NCBI GenBank assembly: GCA_033442325.1
Contig: JAWQFM010000002.1
Coordinates: 799,865-863,864 of the forward strand
DNA: 64,000 nt
Direction: 5' to 3'
Source of the DNA: Salpingoeca rosetta
Taxonomy: Eukaryota; Protista; Choanoflagellata
Below the pieces are notes generated by a model. It ran no database searches, was not told where the DNA came from, and was given only the letters and a program-made list of their open reading frames with translations. Within the stretch, counting starts at the first letter, position 1. Each line of letters opens with the position of its first letter. Positions 12,342 through 29,938 of this stretch are shown here, in pieces. The position numbers were made by a program, and so were the translations under genes.

Positions 12342-12662
12342 CCTCCCCCTTCTCTTTCCTCTATCTCTCCTGTGCCTCGTTCCTTATCCTGCGAGCCGCC
12401 ACCAAACCAAACCAATCAACGTACACCCTCAAAGCCAACAACAACAACAGACTCTCGCGCAGCAGTGTCAGTCTCTCCGTTGCTTGTCTCGGCTCTGCGC
12501 CAGTTCACCGCCGCGCAAACAACAACAACAAAACCCGGACGGTGGATAGGGACGATTGCCGTGTTTCGCACAAACCTCACAGGAAATGCGCGACTAATGC
12601 GCACTCATCTTCCCCACCACTGCACCACCAAACCAAACGAACACACACAGCAACCAGCCAAG

Positions 12663-16534
<3,872 letters not shown>

Positions 16535-16949
16535 ATGCCAGCAGAAACGCGCGCTCCATGCGCCTGCATTGTCTTGTTGTTGGGCCGTGTGTCTGGGTCT
16601 GTGTGTGCGTATGTGAGTGAGACAAAGGAGGTTATGAGAATGTGTGTGTGTGTGTGTGCTTGTGGCTTGTGTGTGGATGTGCGCATGTTGTGAAAGCAAT
16701 GCCTGTGGCTTTCCTGGTGTGACTTTGGTTGTGTGGTGAGGGCTGCTGCTGGTGCCTCCACAAATACAACCACAGCGACACAAAGGAGAGACGCATGCGT
16801 GAAAGGAAGCCACCCCCCTTTGCCTGTCCCACACACGCGTACACGCACATGCATTCATTCACCTCTCGAGAGGTTCACATGTCACACACCAGCAGCGCAA
16901 GGTGGCACCAACACAAACAACACAAACTCGACAGCACAAAATCGCTCTG

Positions 16950-16964
16950 GTTGCCAAGGCCAAC
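16950..16964 (+). promoter_or_regulatory. Candidate RFX X-box (GTTGCCAAGGCCAAC) about 100 bp upstream of the kinesin ATG
   Basis: Perfect GTTGCC half-site in an imperfect palindrome resembling GTTGCCATGGCAAC. Confidence 0.5.
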
Positions 16965-17066
16965 AACAACTCCTCGCTCCTCCCGAGACTGACAAGTACC
17001 ACTCTCATTCCTCCTCACTTGACTTCCTACTTCAAGACAGCCGTTCGATCCCCCGCTACAACCGCC

Positions 17067-20000
17067 ATGTCCGAGAACGTGAAAGTCGCGGTGCGCGTGC
17101 GCCCGTTCAACAAGCGCGAGAAAGAGCGGCAGGCGCAGCTGTGCATCCAAATGTCTGGGCAAACCACGACCATCACCAACCCGCACTCGAAGGAAGAGAA
17201 ACGATTCACCTTCGACTTCTCCTACTGGAGCCATGACGGCTTTGAGGAGCAGAGCGATGGGCTTCTCGTCCCCACTGGCGCCCAGTACGCCGATCAGCAG
17301 CGCGTCTTCGAGGATCTGGGCCGTGGCGTGCTTGCCAACGCCTTCAACGGCTTCAACACCTCCCTCTTTGCCTACGGCCAGACGGGTTCCGGCAAATCTT
17401 ACAGCATGGTCAGTCACACTGCTGATAGCGGTGCCTGTCTGTGTGCGTGTGTGTGTGCGTGTGTGTGTGTGCGTGCGTGTGTGCGTGCGTGTGTGCGTGC
17501 GTGTGTGCGTGTGTGTGTATGTGTGCGTGTGTGTGTATGTGTGCGTGTGTGTGTATGTGCGCGTTTGTGTATCGCTCTGGCTGTCTCCCCGATCGCTAGG
17601 TCTGTCCGCCTCCTCTCTCTATCCCCCTTTCCAAACCTCCCTGCCCCGCTCTCCCGCCTTTTCGCTCGCACTCTTCTCTTATCACCTCCACCCTGCTCTC
17701 TTCCCTGCCTCCCCGTTTCTTTTCATGTCCCATGCAGGTCGGCTACTCTGTGAACAAGGGCATCGTGCCCATTACATGTGAGGAGCTGTTTAAGAAGATG
17801 AACGAGAACTCCGAGAACTCTAGCACCCGCTACCAAGTCAAGTTCAGCATGCTGGAGATCTACAACGAGAAAGTGCGCGATCTGCTGCAGCCGCCACAAC
17901 AGCAGCAGAAGGGCGGCCTCCGCGTGCGCGAGAACCCAAAGTCGAAGAAGTTTGAGGTCGTCGGCCTGAAGCTGGTCGACGTCAAGTCGTACAACGAGAT
18001 TGAGACGCAGATGGAGCTTGGCACAAAGCACCGCACCGTCGCCGCAACCAAGATGAACAACACATCCAGTCGCGCCCACACCATCGTCACCGTCCTCTTT
18101 GAGCAAATCACAAAGGACGAGAGTGGTGTCGAGACAACCAAGCGCTCAGAGATGAACCTTGTATGTGATGGGTGCAAATCTGTGTGTCTAAATCTCTCTG
18201 TCTGTATGCTTTTTATGTCTGTATGTCTGTGTGTCTTCGTATCTGTGTGTTTGCGAAGCCGATGCAGCGCCCCTCAGCCCCTCAAACGCGCACACACACA
18301 TACGCACAAAAGCGCGCACTCACACATGCACACACTCACACATGCACACACAAACGCGCGAATATCAGGTCGATCTTGCTGGTTCGGAGCGCGCAAACAG
18401 CACCGGTGCGACTGGCGAGCGCCTGAAGGAAGGATCCAACATCAACAAGTCCCTGAGTACGCTGGGAAAAGTCATCCAGGCCCTGGCAAAGGGCAAAAAC
18501 TCGTTTGTGCCGTACCGTGAGTCTGTGCTGACGATGCTGCTACGCAATGCGCTTGGCGGCAACTCCAAGACCATTATGATCGCCGCGCTGTCGCCGGCCG
18601 ACATCAACTATGACGAGACACTCTCCACGCTGCGCTACGCAGACCAGGCCAAGCAGATCAAGAACAAGGCCGTGGTGAACGAGAGCCCGACGGAGAAGCT
18701 GATTCGCGAGCTGAAGGAGCAGATTGAGGAGCTCAAGTCCCAACTCGGCGGAAAACCGATGCAGCCGTCGTCCTCACAGGGCGCCGGCGCCGCTGACGCC
18801 GACCAAGCCCTCCTGTACGTCGAGCGCGTTTGTGTGTGTTGTGTGTGTTGTGTGCGTGTGTATGTGTGTGTGCGTGTGCGTGTGCGTGTGTGTGTGTGTG
18901 CGCGCGCGTGTGTGTGTATATCTGTGTCTGTGCCTGCCTGTATGTTTCTATGTGTGTGATGGTAGTTGGCCTTGGCCACTGCGTTCCTCATATCTAGGAT
19001 ACACAACTCACTTGCGTGGCTGCGATGCTCACACTCTCTTCATGCACATTTGCCATCCTTTCCCCCACTCCCTGCCCCATCGCCCTATTCCTTGGCCTCC
19101 TGTGCTGTGTTCAACGGCAGGGCGCGTATGCAAGAGTTTGAGCGGCAGATGGCGTTCCAGGCAAACGTGGACCAGGGCGGGCAGCCCGAGGCACAGCAGT
19201 CCACGGAGCCATCGATGCACGAGAAGGAGAAGCAGAAGAAGGCAACAACGGCCCACTTCACCAACCTCAACGAAGACCCTGCCCTCTCCCACATCATCTG
19301 CCACTTTGTGGACCAGCCAGAGATGGTTGTGGGCCAGGATGAGGATAGCGCTGCCGCCAGCGAGGAGGGCGGTGGCGAGGGTGGTAACTACATCCACCTC
19401 ACCGGATTCGGGATCCGCAAACGCCACGCAGTCATCACCATGGACGGTAGCGATGTCTTTATCGAGCCAGGATCTGCCGCGTCCAACACACGAGTCAGTG
19501 TGCACGTGTGCATGCGTTTGTGCGTTTGTGCGTTGGTGTGCATGCGTTTGTGTGCGTGCGTGTTTGTGCATGCGTTTGTGTGCGTGTGTATTTTTGTTTG
19601 TATGCAAGCTTGTCAGTTTCATTGCCTGGTCTTCGTTGTTCCCGTTTAGCCACAGCCTGGCAAGCTTCTTTCAACTCCCAGCGCACACCTCACTGCGTAT
19701 TGCATGGACACCACATTGACGTGTCCCACAGGTGAACGGCACCCAGCTGACGGAGAAGGTGCCACTGAAGCACAACGACCGCCTGTTGTTTGGCACCAAC
19801 TCCATTTTCCTGTTTGTCAACCCCGCCAACCAAGATCCGAGCGCGGGCACGCCAGAGAAGGTGGACTACGAGTTTGCCCAGGAGGAGATTGCAAAGGCGA
19901 GCGGGCTGCTTGTTGAGGGCGGTGATGCAGAGGAGAAGGAGCGAATGTCACAGATCCTTGAGCTCTTTCCCATGGTCGCCGAAGTCAACGCTATCAGGTG

Positions 20001-22164
20001 CTGTACACGCTGCGGTCGTGGAAATTGTTCCTCAGTGGGATCGATGCGCGGTGTATTATGGATGTGTGATATCGGGAGATGGATTCAGGCTGCGGCTGTG
20101 GCTGTGTGTGTGTGTGTGGCTGTGTTTGGCTGTGTGTGGCTGTGTGTGTGTGTGTGTACATGTGCATGTGTGCACTTGTGGACGCATGTGCATTTGCGAG
20201 TATGCGAAGCACAGGCAGACAAATGTGCGCCTTGTTTTGCTCATTGACTCTACGTGCATGTCCCCCCTCGACACTCATCATGTGTGTGTGCTTGAAACAG
20301 CGATGAAATGGACAAGAAGATGAAGTTTTCTGTTGCACTCGTCAACGACATGATGTTGCCGAACGCAAGCACCGTACGTGATTCTCCCACACATGCTTGC
20401 ATGAGATAGGTGGTGGTGTTGTGGAATGAGATGCTTGTGTCGCGTACTCATCCATGCGTCTGCAGCCTTCATCACACATCGGTGCCTTTATCGCTGCGCA
20501 AACACACACACACACTCACTCACACATACACATACACACACACAATTACACTCACACACACTTACACTCATACACACTCACACACTCTCTCTCTCACACT
20601 CACACACGTCTCGTACGCGTACGCTTATCGCACCCTGCCTACAGTCTGACCGATCGCAGGTGATGGTGAAGGCGGTGAACACGCGAAACGAGAACGAGTG
20701 GCTGATTGACCGCGCAGAGTTTGTTGATCGCCGCTACCGCATTCAGGAGATGTTTGGCGACTGGGCATACGACCAGGACAAGGACGCCTCTGTCTACGGC
20801 CCGCCGCGCAGCGACGTACGATGCGATTGTGGTGGTGCTGCTGATTGGAGGATGGACGTGTGCTAGTTGATCGGCGGTTGGAGTCAGAGCTGCATGCACT
20901 GTGTGTGTGTGTGTGCGTGCGTGTGTGCGTGCGTGCGTGTGTGCGTGCGTGCGTGTGTGTGTGTTGCGATGTGTGCTTGTTTTTGGCTGCATTCCATGGA
21001 CACCATGACGCGCCGTGCTCGCTGTGTGCACGCAGTTCAGTTCTCACACCACGATTAATCATACCAACGCCACGATTACCACCACCACCACCACCACCAC
21101 CACCACCACTTTGTCACCAGGCTGACCCGTTCTTTATTGAGCCGAGCTCGGTCGTGGTTGGCTTTGCCGGCATCTTTGTCGTGCCCCTCTCCCTGCGTAT
21201 GGACTCCGAAGACACATACGTGCGTACCATGCAGCCCAAATGCATGTCTGTATGATCGTGTGTGTGTCTGTATGATCGTTTGTGTGTCTGTGTGTGTCTG
21301 TGTGTGTCTGTGTGTCTGTTTGTCTGTCTGTGTGTGCCTGTGTGTCTGTGTGTGTGTGTGTGTCTGTGTGTCTGTGTGTGTCTGTGTGTCTGTGTGTGTG
21401 ATCGTGTGACGACATGCAGCCATGATCGAGCTCTTCGTAGTCTTTATTTATCCCTCATCACTGCTCATACGCACATCATCACCACACACCACCACCACCA
21501 TCGACCTGTCCCCCTCCCTTCCGTTCCACGACGTGTAGGAGGCGCTTGACTACGCGGCCCAGCGGCAGGGCAGCGTCTGTGTTGCGCTCGAGCCGTGCCA
21601 GGAGGACGGCACGCCGCTGACGGAGGAGGACTTTCTGGACGATCCATCCGCCCTGATGCAACTCAACGAACCATACCACATCAAGGTTTGTTCGCAGCGG
21701 TGCGCGGCCCTTTTCCGTGCCGCTGGTGACAACTTTTTGATCATATTCATCCCTGCGTGTGCTTGCGATTTGACACCCTGGCAATCACGATCACACGCAA
21801 ACGCGCACACGTGCATACATTGATTTACACTCATACACGCGCAAACACACACAATCACACACAATCACAGGTGATGATCCGGTGGGCGGAAGTGACACAC
21901 GCGCGGTTCTCAACAGCGCTGCGGTGCGTGCTGTATTTCGGAGACCTCGATGTCATTCAGACGCCGTGGATGTATGGAAAGACAAAAGCGGACTTCAACT
22001 ACGAGAAGATTGTGACCATCAACAAGGTCACGCCGGCGCTGATTGAGTGGATGGAGAATGGCATGGCAAAGGTCATCATCGAAAGCAAGCACAAGGACGA
22101 CGAGAGCGTACGTTTGCGCCTGTGTGATGCTGTGTACGTGTCTGTGTCTGTGTGTGTGTGTGCA

Positions 22165-22203
<39 letters not shown>

Positions 22204-23339
22204 GTGTATAAGTCCTGTGTCGAATGTGTGCAAGTTGCGACGATAATGTGTATTCCATTCCCTCCCTCCACCTCACACGCCAATGCCCATCCATCCACCC
22301 GCTCCCTCACACGCCATCTATTTACACACCCTGCTGATTGAACCCTGTAGACGTCGTCGATCACACGGCTGACGTCGATGGCGGATATGGCGATGGAGTT
22401 GCAGGCTGCAAAGGACCGCATCAAGCAGCTGGAGGGCGGTGGTGATGGTGATGATGGTGGTGATGGTGGAAAGAAGAACTCGAAGAAGGATCGAAAGGCG
22501 TCTGCCAAGGCGGCGAAGGAGCTGGAGAAGGCGAAGAGCGAGCTGGTGGAGATGAAGAAGAAGGCGGAGGCGCTTGAGAAGGAGCTGTCTACAGCAAAGA
22601 AAGCAGCAAAGGGCGAGGGCGACCAGGAGAAGGAGCTGAAGAAGGAGCTGAAGGAGCGCGACAAGACCATCTCCAAGCTGGAGAGCGAGGTGAAGAAGCT
22701 GTCCAAGAAGGACAGCAAGAAGGACAGCGGAAAGGCAGGCGCCAACAATGCTGACGTGGACGCCGCCATCAAGGAGCGTGACGAGACGATTGCACGCCTG
22801 CAACGCGAGATGGAGGAGCTGAACAAGAAGGTGTCTGCTGCCCCAACTGGCGAAACGGTCGCTGTCGCCAACGTCGCCGCCGACGACCTTAAGGAATCAA
22901 TCAAGACCGTTCTCAACGTGAGTTGGCGTTGTGTGTGTCTGTGTCTGTATGTGTGTGTGTGTGCGTGTGCGTGACTGTGTGTGAGCGTGTGTCTCTCTCT
23001 GTGTGTGTGTGTGTGTCTGTCTGTGTCTGTGTGTCTGTGACTGTGTGCGCCTGTGTGTGCATGTGTGCGTGTGCGTGCATCGATGCTTGCCTCTTCTTGC
23101 TGATGCCCATGCAACCACGTGCTGTCGTGCTGCAACCCTTCTCGTCTGCCCCTTACCCCCTCCTCGTCCCATTTTCATCATCTCATCGCTCACCACATCC
23201 TCCGCCCTGTCAACAGCAACACCGCAACGATGCTGACGCGCGCGCGCTGTGGACGGACGTCGCAACCAAAGTTGGCGCATCCACAGACGGCCCGCTTCCC
23301 CCCGCCAACAAACCGTCCTCCGTGTGCTCCATCATGTGA
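17067..23339 (+). CDS. Kinesin-3, KIF28/KLP-6-like: motor, FHA, coiled coil, C-terminal CaaX (CSIM)
   Basis: [27 protein letters not shown]-loop [33 protein letters not shown] plus FHA ([17 protein letters not shown]); last exon ends KPSSVCSIM*. Confidence 0.92.
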
Positions 23340-24181
23340 TTTGTCGCACGTGCGTTGTCATGTGCATTCGCATTGCACTTGTTGTGCGTGCTCATATGGC
23401 TCTGTGCTGTGTCGTATGGGCCTTGTCTCGTTTTCCCCCCATTTAACACACGCACGCACAATTGTGGGTGTCTGTGCCGTGTTGTTCGTGCTTCCTCCTT
23501 GTTGTGGGTTCATGACCCTCCCTGTCTGTCTTGACTTCCTTGCCCCAGCTTCTCCTTCCCTTCAATCAACGCACTGGCTGCCTCCCCCCCCCCCTTGTCT
23601 TCTCCGCTCAACCACTCTTCTACACACCCGCTCCGCCCTTCCCTTCGTGCTGCTTCCACGCGTGAAAATAACACCAGTGACGAGCGCATATCATCATCGT
23701 CTGTTTACTGCTTGACGGAAGATTGTGGCTTCCCCTCAGGCATACATGTATCACAAAGAAACTGCTTCTCAACCTAATGGCAAACACTCCAAGCATCCTC
23801 CCTTCCCTTGCGTACACACACACTTCGCACACGCGCACACAATAACGCATGTACTGCCTGCAAACAAGTCTCGCTTACGCGGCCAATACAACCATGCACT
23901 ACACGCACAAACGACAAGCACGAGCTGGGGATGGTGGTGCTGCTGCTGCTGCTCATCATCTCAGGTGGTCGTCGTCCTCTCTCCTAGCCGCACATGTCTG
24001 CTTGCTCGCCAAGGCAAAAGGGCTCGCAACCTTGCACCTGACACTCTCCCCGCCCTGTCATAGATCCAACGCCAACCAATCCCGTCATCCCCTTTGTTCT
24101 CCACCTTTTCTCTCTCTCTCTCTCTCCCTGTCTCTCGCACACACGCACGTACGCGGCAGTCACATCAAGTGCTGGCGATGG

Positions 24182-24366
24182 CTACTTCTTGAGGGACGCC
24201 CAGACGGACTTCATCTTCTTGAGCCACTTGCGGTGCTTGTGTTTCTTCATCTTCCTTCGTCGCTTCTTCAAGGTGGAGCTCATGAGCGCTGCCGCGTGCA
24301 AGGAGCCGATGGCATGTGTTTGTTCAAGGAGGCGGTGGTCCAGGCGGCACAGCCCTTCATCCTCTG

Positions 24367-24417
<51 letters not shown>

Positions 24418-25043
24418 AGACACAAGGGGGGGGATGGCGTGAGCTGGTCGCCATGTGTACATCATTCAGGTACGGGGCAATGTATGTGTGCACGCATTCG
24501 CAACAACAAGTGCTTCCTGATGCTTCGTTTTACGCACCCACGCACGCACACACACACACACACGCGCACACACACAACACAACACAACACAACACACACA
24601 CAACACAACGCACACATACCTTGGAGGATGGCGCTGAAGGTAGAGGGAGGGACGGGTGCAGGGGAGGCGGATTCGAGGGTCTGGTCGACCGGAGGCGCTT
24701 GCGTGCGGTATTGCTCGGCCTGCCATGCCAGCAGATCGAAGCGCAAGGACGAGGACGGTGTTGTGTGCACGATGTTTGTGGATGCAAAGGACAGCCCTCG
24801 CTTCCCCGAGGACGACGCTGCGTCGATGACGTCGCCGCCGACGTGGGGGTGGCTGTCACTGTTGTCGCTGCTATCGCTGCTGCTCCTGTAATGCAGCATG
24901 GTGGAGCACGAGAACGCTCGTGCACTTGCCACCGCCGCCGCCGTAGCAGCGAGGCAACCCGGTGTCCTCCTCGTCATCGCCGCTGCTGTTGTAGCGGGGC
25001 GCAGCAGCGTCATCCCCCCGCGCATCGCACGCACAAACGCCAT
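24182..25043 (-). CDS. Mitochondrial ribosomal protein mS38 / AURKAIP1 / COX24-like (2 exons)
   Basis: Arg/Ala-rich presequence-like N-terminus MAFVRAMRGG; C-terminal SSTLKKRRRKMKKHKHRKWLKK motif. Confidence 0.8.
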
Positions 25044-25334
25044 CGTGCTTTGCCTTGCTTGCCTTCCGCTCGCTCTGTGTGTGTGTCTCTCTCTCTCTTG
25101 CGTCGAGTCGTCGTGCTTTGGTTGCTGTCTGTGCTTGGCTTTTCTCGTCAGTGTTGGTATTGGTGTATGTTTCGTGTGAGCGTTTTGTGCACGAATGCAA
25201 ATGCGCTTTTCGTATCCACCGCACACCACCATCAAAGACAGACAGCCAGGAAGGAAGGAACTGTGGATGAGTTGGCGACGTGAGCAGCAGCCGCAGCAGC
25301 AATAGCCATCCACACCCACACACACCCACACCCA

Positions 25335-25373
<39 letters not shown>

Positions 25374-25391
25374 AACAGAGAGACAGAGAGG

Positions 25392-27644
25392 ATGGAGGAG
25401 TTGAGGGAGTTGCAGCGATCCCATGAGCGCAAGAGCATGCGCATCGTGGCCATTGCCAGGCAGAACTGGAGCGCAGTCATGGGCAGCGGCGACGAGAGTG
25501 AGTGTTGGGCTTGCCAGTGCCTGCTCCTGTCGATGATGCGCCTCGATCCCAGCTGCATCGACAACACGCAGTCACGCGCACACACACACACACACATACA
25601 GCCATGCTCACAAGCATTCTCCCACGCCACTACGTGCGACACGTGCAGAGTGGGGCTTCTTGGAGCAGATCTTCACTGCGAGCTTGGACATGCCGAATGC
25701 AGAAGACGTGCGCAAGGTGCGTTCTGTCTCGTAGCTTGTCCTTTCCACTGCGCTTGCGTCGATTGCTCTTTCTGCTGGAGAAAAGCTCGCCCATCAAGAA
25801 TGAACGGATAACGAAGGGGGTTTCCACAATGTTCACATGCCTGCAAGCTCACAGCTCTGCCGCATGTACACACACTCACACACACGCATGCACGCACACA
25901 TGTGTGTAGAGATGCCTACAGGCGCTGGAGAAGCGGTTCCCCAACAGCCAGCGTGTGCAGCGACTTCAGGCGATGGGCTTTGAGGCCGACGGACAGTACG
26001 TCGTGGCCGTCTGGCTTTCTCTGTTGGCAGTGCGCGTGTCACTTGGTGCGTTGCAGGCTGCGTGCATATCTCATGGCTTGTTGTCGCGCGCGCGCGCGCG
26101 TGTGTGTGTGTCACTGTGTAGGTTTCAGAAAGCGCTTGATATCTACAACGAGATGCTGGAGGCTGATCCTCTCAACCCGGTGCGTTGTCTCAGCGAGTGC
26201 TGTGAGGAATGAGCGGTGGTGGCCGGCGGTGGTGTTGGTAACGGTGATGGTGGCAACGGTAGGGCTGCTTTAGTAGAGTACACACACATGCACACACACA
26301 CATGCACACACACACACGAACACACACACACACACGCACACACGAACACACACACAAACACAAACACAGATATTCCCTGACCTGGCAAGTGCATGCCATT
26401 TGTTCACTCTCTTTTCCCACCTTGCCGCCTTGCTTCGTGCTTGATACAGGCGATCTTGAAGCGGAAGATTGCTGTTCATATCGGCAAGGACGACATTCCC
26501 CTCGCCATCACCGCCCTCAACAAATACCTGGAGCTGTAAGCGAGTGCCTGCACTTTTGCGCGCGTGCGTGTGTGTGTGTGTGCGTGTGTGTGTGGCCTCG
26601 TACAACTGCTGTTATTGTGTCCATTGTGCACTTCTGCTCACCACGCACTGTTGGTTGGTCGTGTTTGTTAGGTACTCGAGCGACTTTGAAGCCTGGCAGC
26701 AGCTGACTGACTTGTACATCGACACACAGGAGTGAGTTGTGACAGCCTGCTGCAGACACGACACGACACGCACACACATACACACACACACACGCATCTC
26801 TGATGCACTAACGCATTTTGTTCTGATCATTGACCTCACGCACGCATGCACACACACATGCACAGCTTGCAGAATGCGGCGTTTTGCCTGGAGGAGGTCA
26901 TGCTGTCAAACCCACACAACCACGTCTACTACTGCACATACGCCGAGGTCAGCGTGTATCATGTGCGCGCAGCATGTCTGTATGTGCTTTGTGTGTCTGT
27001 ATATGTCTGTGTATGTGTGGTGTGTGCGTGTGTGTGTGTGTGTGTTGGTAGTTCCGCGAGCTCGCTCAATGTGCGGTGGCCCATCCGTGGTGTTTGTTGT
27101 TTGTGTGTGCGGTGCAGGTGTTGTTTGCGCGTGGAGGAAGCGAGCGCATGACACAGGCCCGGCGCTACTTTGCAAAGGCCCTCGAGCTCAACCCAACAAG
27201 TGCACGCGCCCTCTACGGCCTTCACCTCGTAAGCACATGTGTCTGTGTCTGCGTGTGCGTGTGTGTGTATGTAGCGTGCCTGTGGTGTGTGTATGTGGCG
27301 TGCCTGTGGTGTGTGCGTGTGTGTGTGAGGAGCCTGGCTATCCATCTCAAAGTACGGCTCTCAGCCCACGCTCCTGTCTTGTTCTCGTTTTGCTTCTCCG
27401 CGCGCGTCCCCATCTGCCCTTGTGTGTGATCGTGCTTGACTTCAGGCCTCGGCGCGCACTATGACCAAAGGTGCGCCTGTCTGAAGCTTTGTGCACATTG
27501 TAGACATTGATATGCTATGAAACTTTGTGTGGCCATCTACGGTCACAACACACACATGCAATCACACAGGACACATGAAACATGACACATGACACACATG
27601 CACTCACACATGACACATGACACATGACACATGACACATGCCAT

Positions 27645-27682
<38 letters not shown>

Positions 27683-27922
27683 TCTCTCCCATACACACGT
27701 ACACACGTACATACACGCACACGCTCTCTCGCTTACACTCACGACACACACACTCTCACTTTCGGACTGTCAGGCTCAAAGGCGTCCGAGGATGTGGCGA
27801 CGGTGGCAGACCTGCGTGACGGCAGCAAGGAACAGCTGCTTGCGTTGTATGAAGAGCAGGGTGCAAACCCAACCCACCAAGCCCTCCTCCCCTCCGTCTT
27901 GGTTGGCAGCGGCAAGCAGTGA
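25392..27922 (+). CDS. EMC2: ER membrane complex subunit 2 (TTC35), TPR protein, multi-exon
   Basis: KWGFLEQIFTASLD, LEKRFPNSQRVQRLQAM, ILKRKIA, LNKYLELYSSDFEAWQQL, AAFCLEEVMLSNPHNH, ARRYFAKALELNP.SARALYGL. Confidence 0.93.
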
Positions 27923-28250
27923 TGTGATGTGATGTGACACGACTTGAGATGGGCATTGGGTGGTTCGAGTGAGCGGGTGGTGGTCGCTTGCCTGTAGAAG
28001 ATTCGATAAAGACTTTCGCATATTTTCCACAACCATTGTTGGCCAACAACGACGACGACAACAACGCGAGCGAGCGAGCGAACGACTTTGAGCGACCATC
28101 CACACCATCCTTCCTTCTCCTTCCGCAACATTCATCTGTTGCATCTGCCCATCCACGTCGGCGCCTCCATCCATCGAACCGGGAACGGTTGGACACCAGA
28201 CAGACAGAGCGGGAAATCGGCTTAAAGACCACCATCTTCAAGGGAAGACA

Positions 28251-29120
28251 ATGCGCGTGGTGACAGCAGTGCTGATCGCGGCCATGGCCGCCCTCACCGT
28301 GGCCATCGTGTCCGTGCCTGTGGCTGAAGCGGAAGACACCGGCAATCCTGCAACTCCTAGTACAAGCACAAACGCAACCACAACCACAACCACGACAACC
28401 ACAACCACAACCACAACCACAACCACAACCACAACCACAACTACAACCACAATTACAACCACAACTACAACCACAACTGCATCAAACCCTTCACCAGACG
28501 ATGGTCCGGACACAACCACGCGCGCTCCAACCACAACCACAACTCCAACCACCACCACCACTACAACCACGCGCGCTCCAACCACCACCACACGTGCTCC
28601 AACCACCACCACACGTGCTCCAACCACCACCACAACGACACGCCCTCAACCTACAACCACGCGCGCTCCAACCACCACCACACCACGTCCTGCGACCACC
28701 ACCACACGTGCTCCAACCACCACCACAACCACACGTGCTGCATCATCGACCACAACCACACGTGCTGCATCATCGACCACAACCACACGCGCTCCATCGT
28801 CGACCACAGCCACACGTGCTCAACCCACCACCACACCACGTCCTGCGACCACAACGCGGGGATCTGCCCCAGCAGCCACGACGACACGCGCTGCCGACGC
28901 TGCGACGACAACCACCACGCTTGGCGAGTGGCAGCTGCTGAAGATCAAGGCGGAGGATGGGCTGAGCCACTCTGCAGCAACCTTCCTTGTCGCCTGCGCC
29001 GTCGTCGTCACAATCCTGGCCGTGGTGTTCCGCAAGAACATCTCTGAGAGCGTCAAGGGCCTGTTCTCCGACAAGCGCGGGCGGTACGACCGGCTCAAGG
29101 CGCAGAACATGTCCGTCTAA
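28251..29120 (+). CDS. Intronless Thr-rich mucin-like type I membrane protein, 289 aa (TGN38-like architecture)
   Basis: Signal peptide MRVVTAVLIAAMAALTVAIVSVPVAEA; poly-Thr and TTTTRAP repeats; TM FLVACAVVVTILAVVF; tail containing YDRL. Confidence 0.85.
   Translation: MRVVTAVLIAAMAALTVAIVSVPVAEAEDTGNPATPSTSTNATTTTTTTTTTTTTTTTTTTTTTTTTITTTTTTTTASNPSPDDGPDTTTRAPTTTTTPTTTTTTTTRAPTTTTRAPTTTTRAPTTTTTTRPQPTTTRAPTTTTPRPATTTTRAPTTTTTTRAASSTTTTRAASSTTTTRAPSSTTATRAQPTTTPRPATTTRGSAPAATTTRAADAATTTTTLGEWQLLKIKAEDGLSHSAATFLVACAVVVTILAVVFRKNISESVKGLFSDKRGRYDRLKAQNMSV
28376..28860 (+). repeat. Coding tandem repeats: (ACCACA)n followed by approx. 21-27 bp ACCACCACCACACGTGCTCCA-like units (TTTTRAP)
   Basis: Direct inspection. 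Confidence 0.85.
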
Positions 29121-29938
29121 CGCGGCCACCGGCTCAACTCCGCATACTGGAAGGCTGCTCATTTATACCATCCCCTCTTCACTTCCATCATCATCGTCAT
29201 CGTCATCATCATCATCACAATGCCACCAGCCGACACGTTGCCCGTTGATCACCGTCAGCTTCGTTTTCCACATCCTCTGTGTGTGGCGTGACCACCTTTG
29301 CGTCGGCTTTGCCACCCGTGTGCTCAGCATATACACCAACCTTCATACACACGTGTGCACCACACAAACACATGCACACACAACAAGTTCGCTTCCTTGC
29401 TTGCCTTTCTCCCGTTACCTTCTCCATCGGCAACTAGGGAAGTTGCTGTCCGCCCATGGCCGTTTTGTGTCGCTGTGCTCAGGGATTGCACTGCTTTGTG
29501 GCATCATGCTCGAGTTGTTCTTGCCCGCTGCTCTTGTATCTGTTGTCTGTGCACGTTTATCTCTTCTTGGCTGACGACTACATAGTGACACCCGCACACA
29601 TCATCGTTGAATGCACATGCGCAATAAACTTACAAGCCCTCTTTCCAACTGAACCAGGCACTCCGCCACCGACTCACTCGCACGCACATACATACACACT
29701 CCTCAACACACATGTACACACGCACGCGTACTCACGTACACACACACACACACACACATACACACTCCTCGACACACATGTACACAAGCACGCGTACTCA
29801 CGTACACTCACTCACACGCACGCGCACACACACACACTCTCTCTCTCGCTTCAAACGAACAATCTGGTCGCAACCTTACCCCTTGCTTCCCTGACAACCC
29901 CTTTCCCCCCGCCTCTCCTCCTCCGCCTATCTCTGCCA

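Noticed and set aside
24189-25283. 364-aa + strand ORF and other long antisense ORFs (e.g. 21999-23135, 60580-61188)
   Set aside because: They are antisense shadows of real GC-rich genes and show no recognisable domain.
28376-28860. CRISPR-like repeat array
   Set aside because: The units are degenerate in-frame coding repeats without unique spacers, and there are no cas genes.
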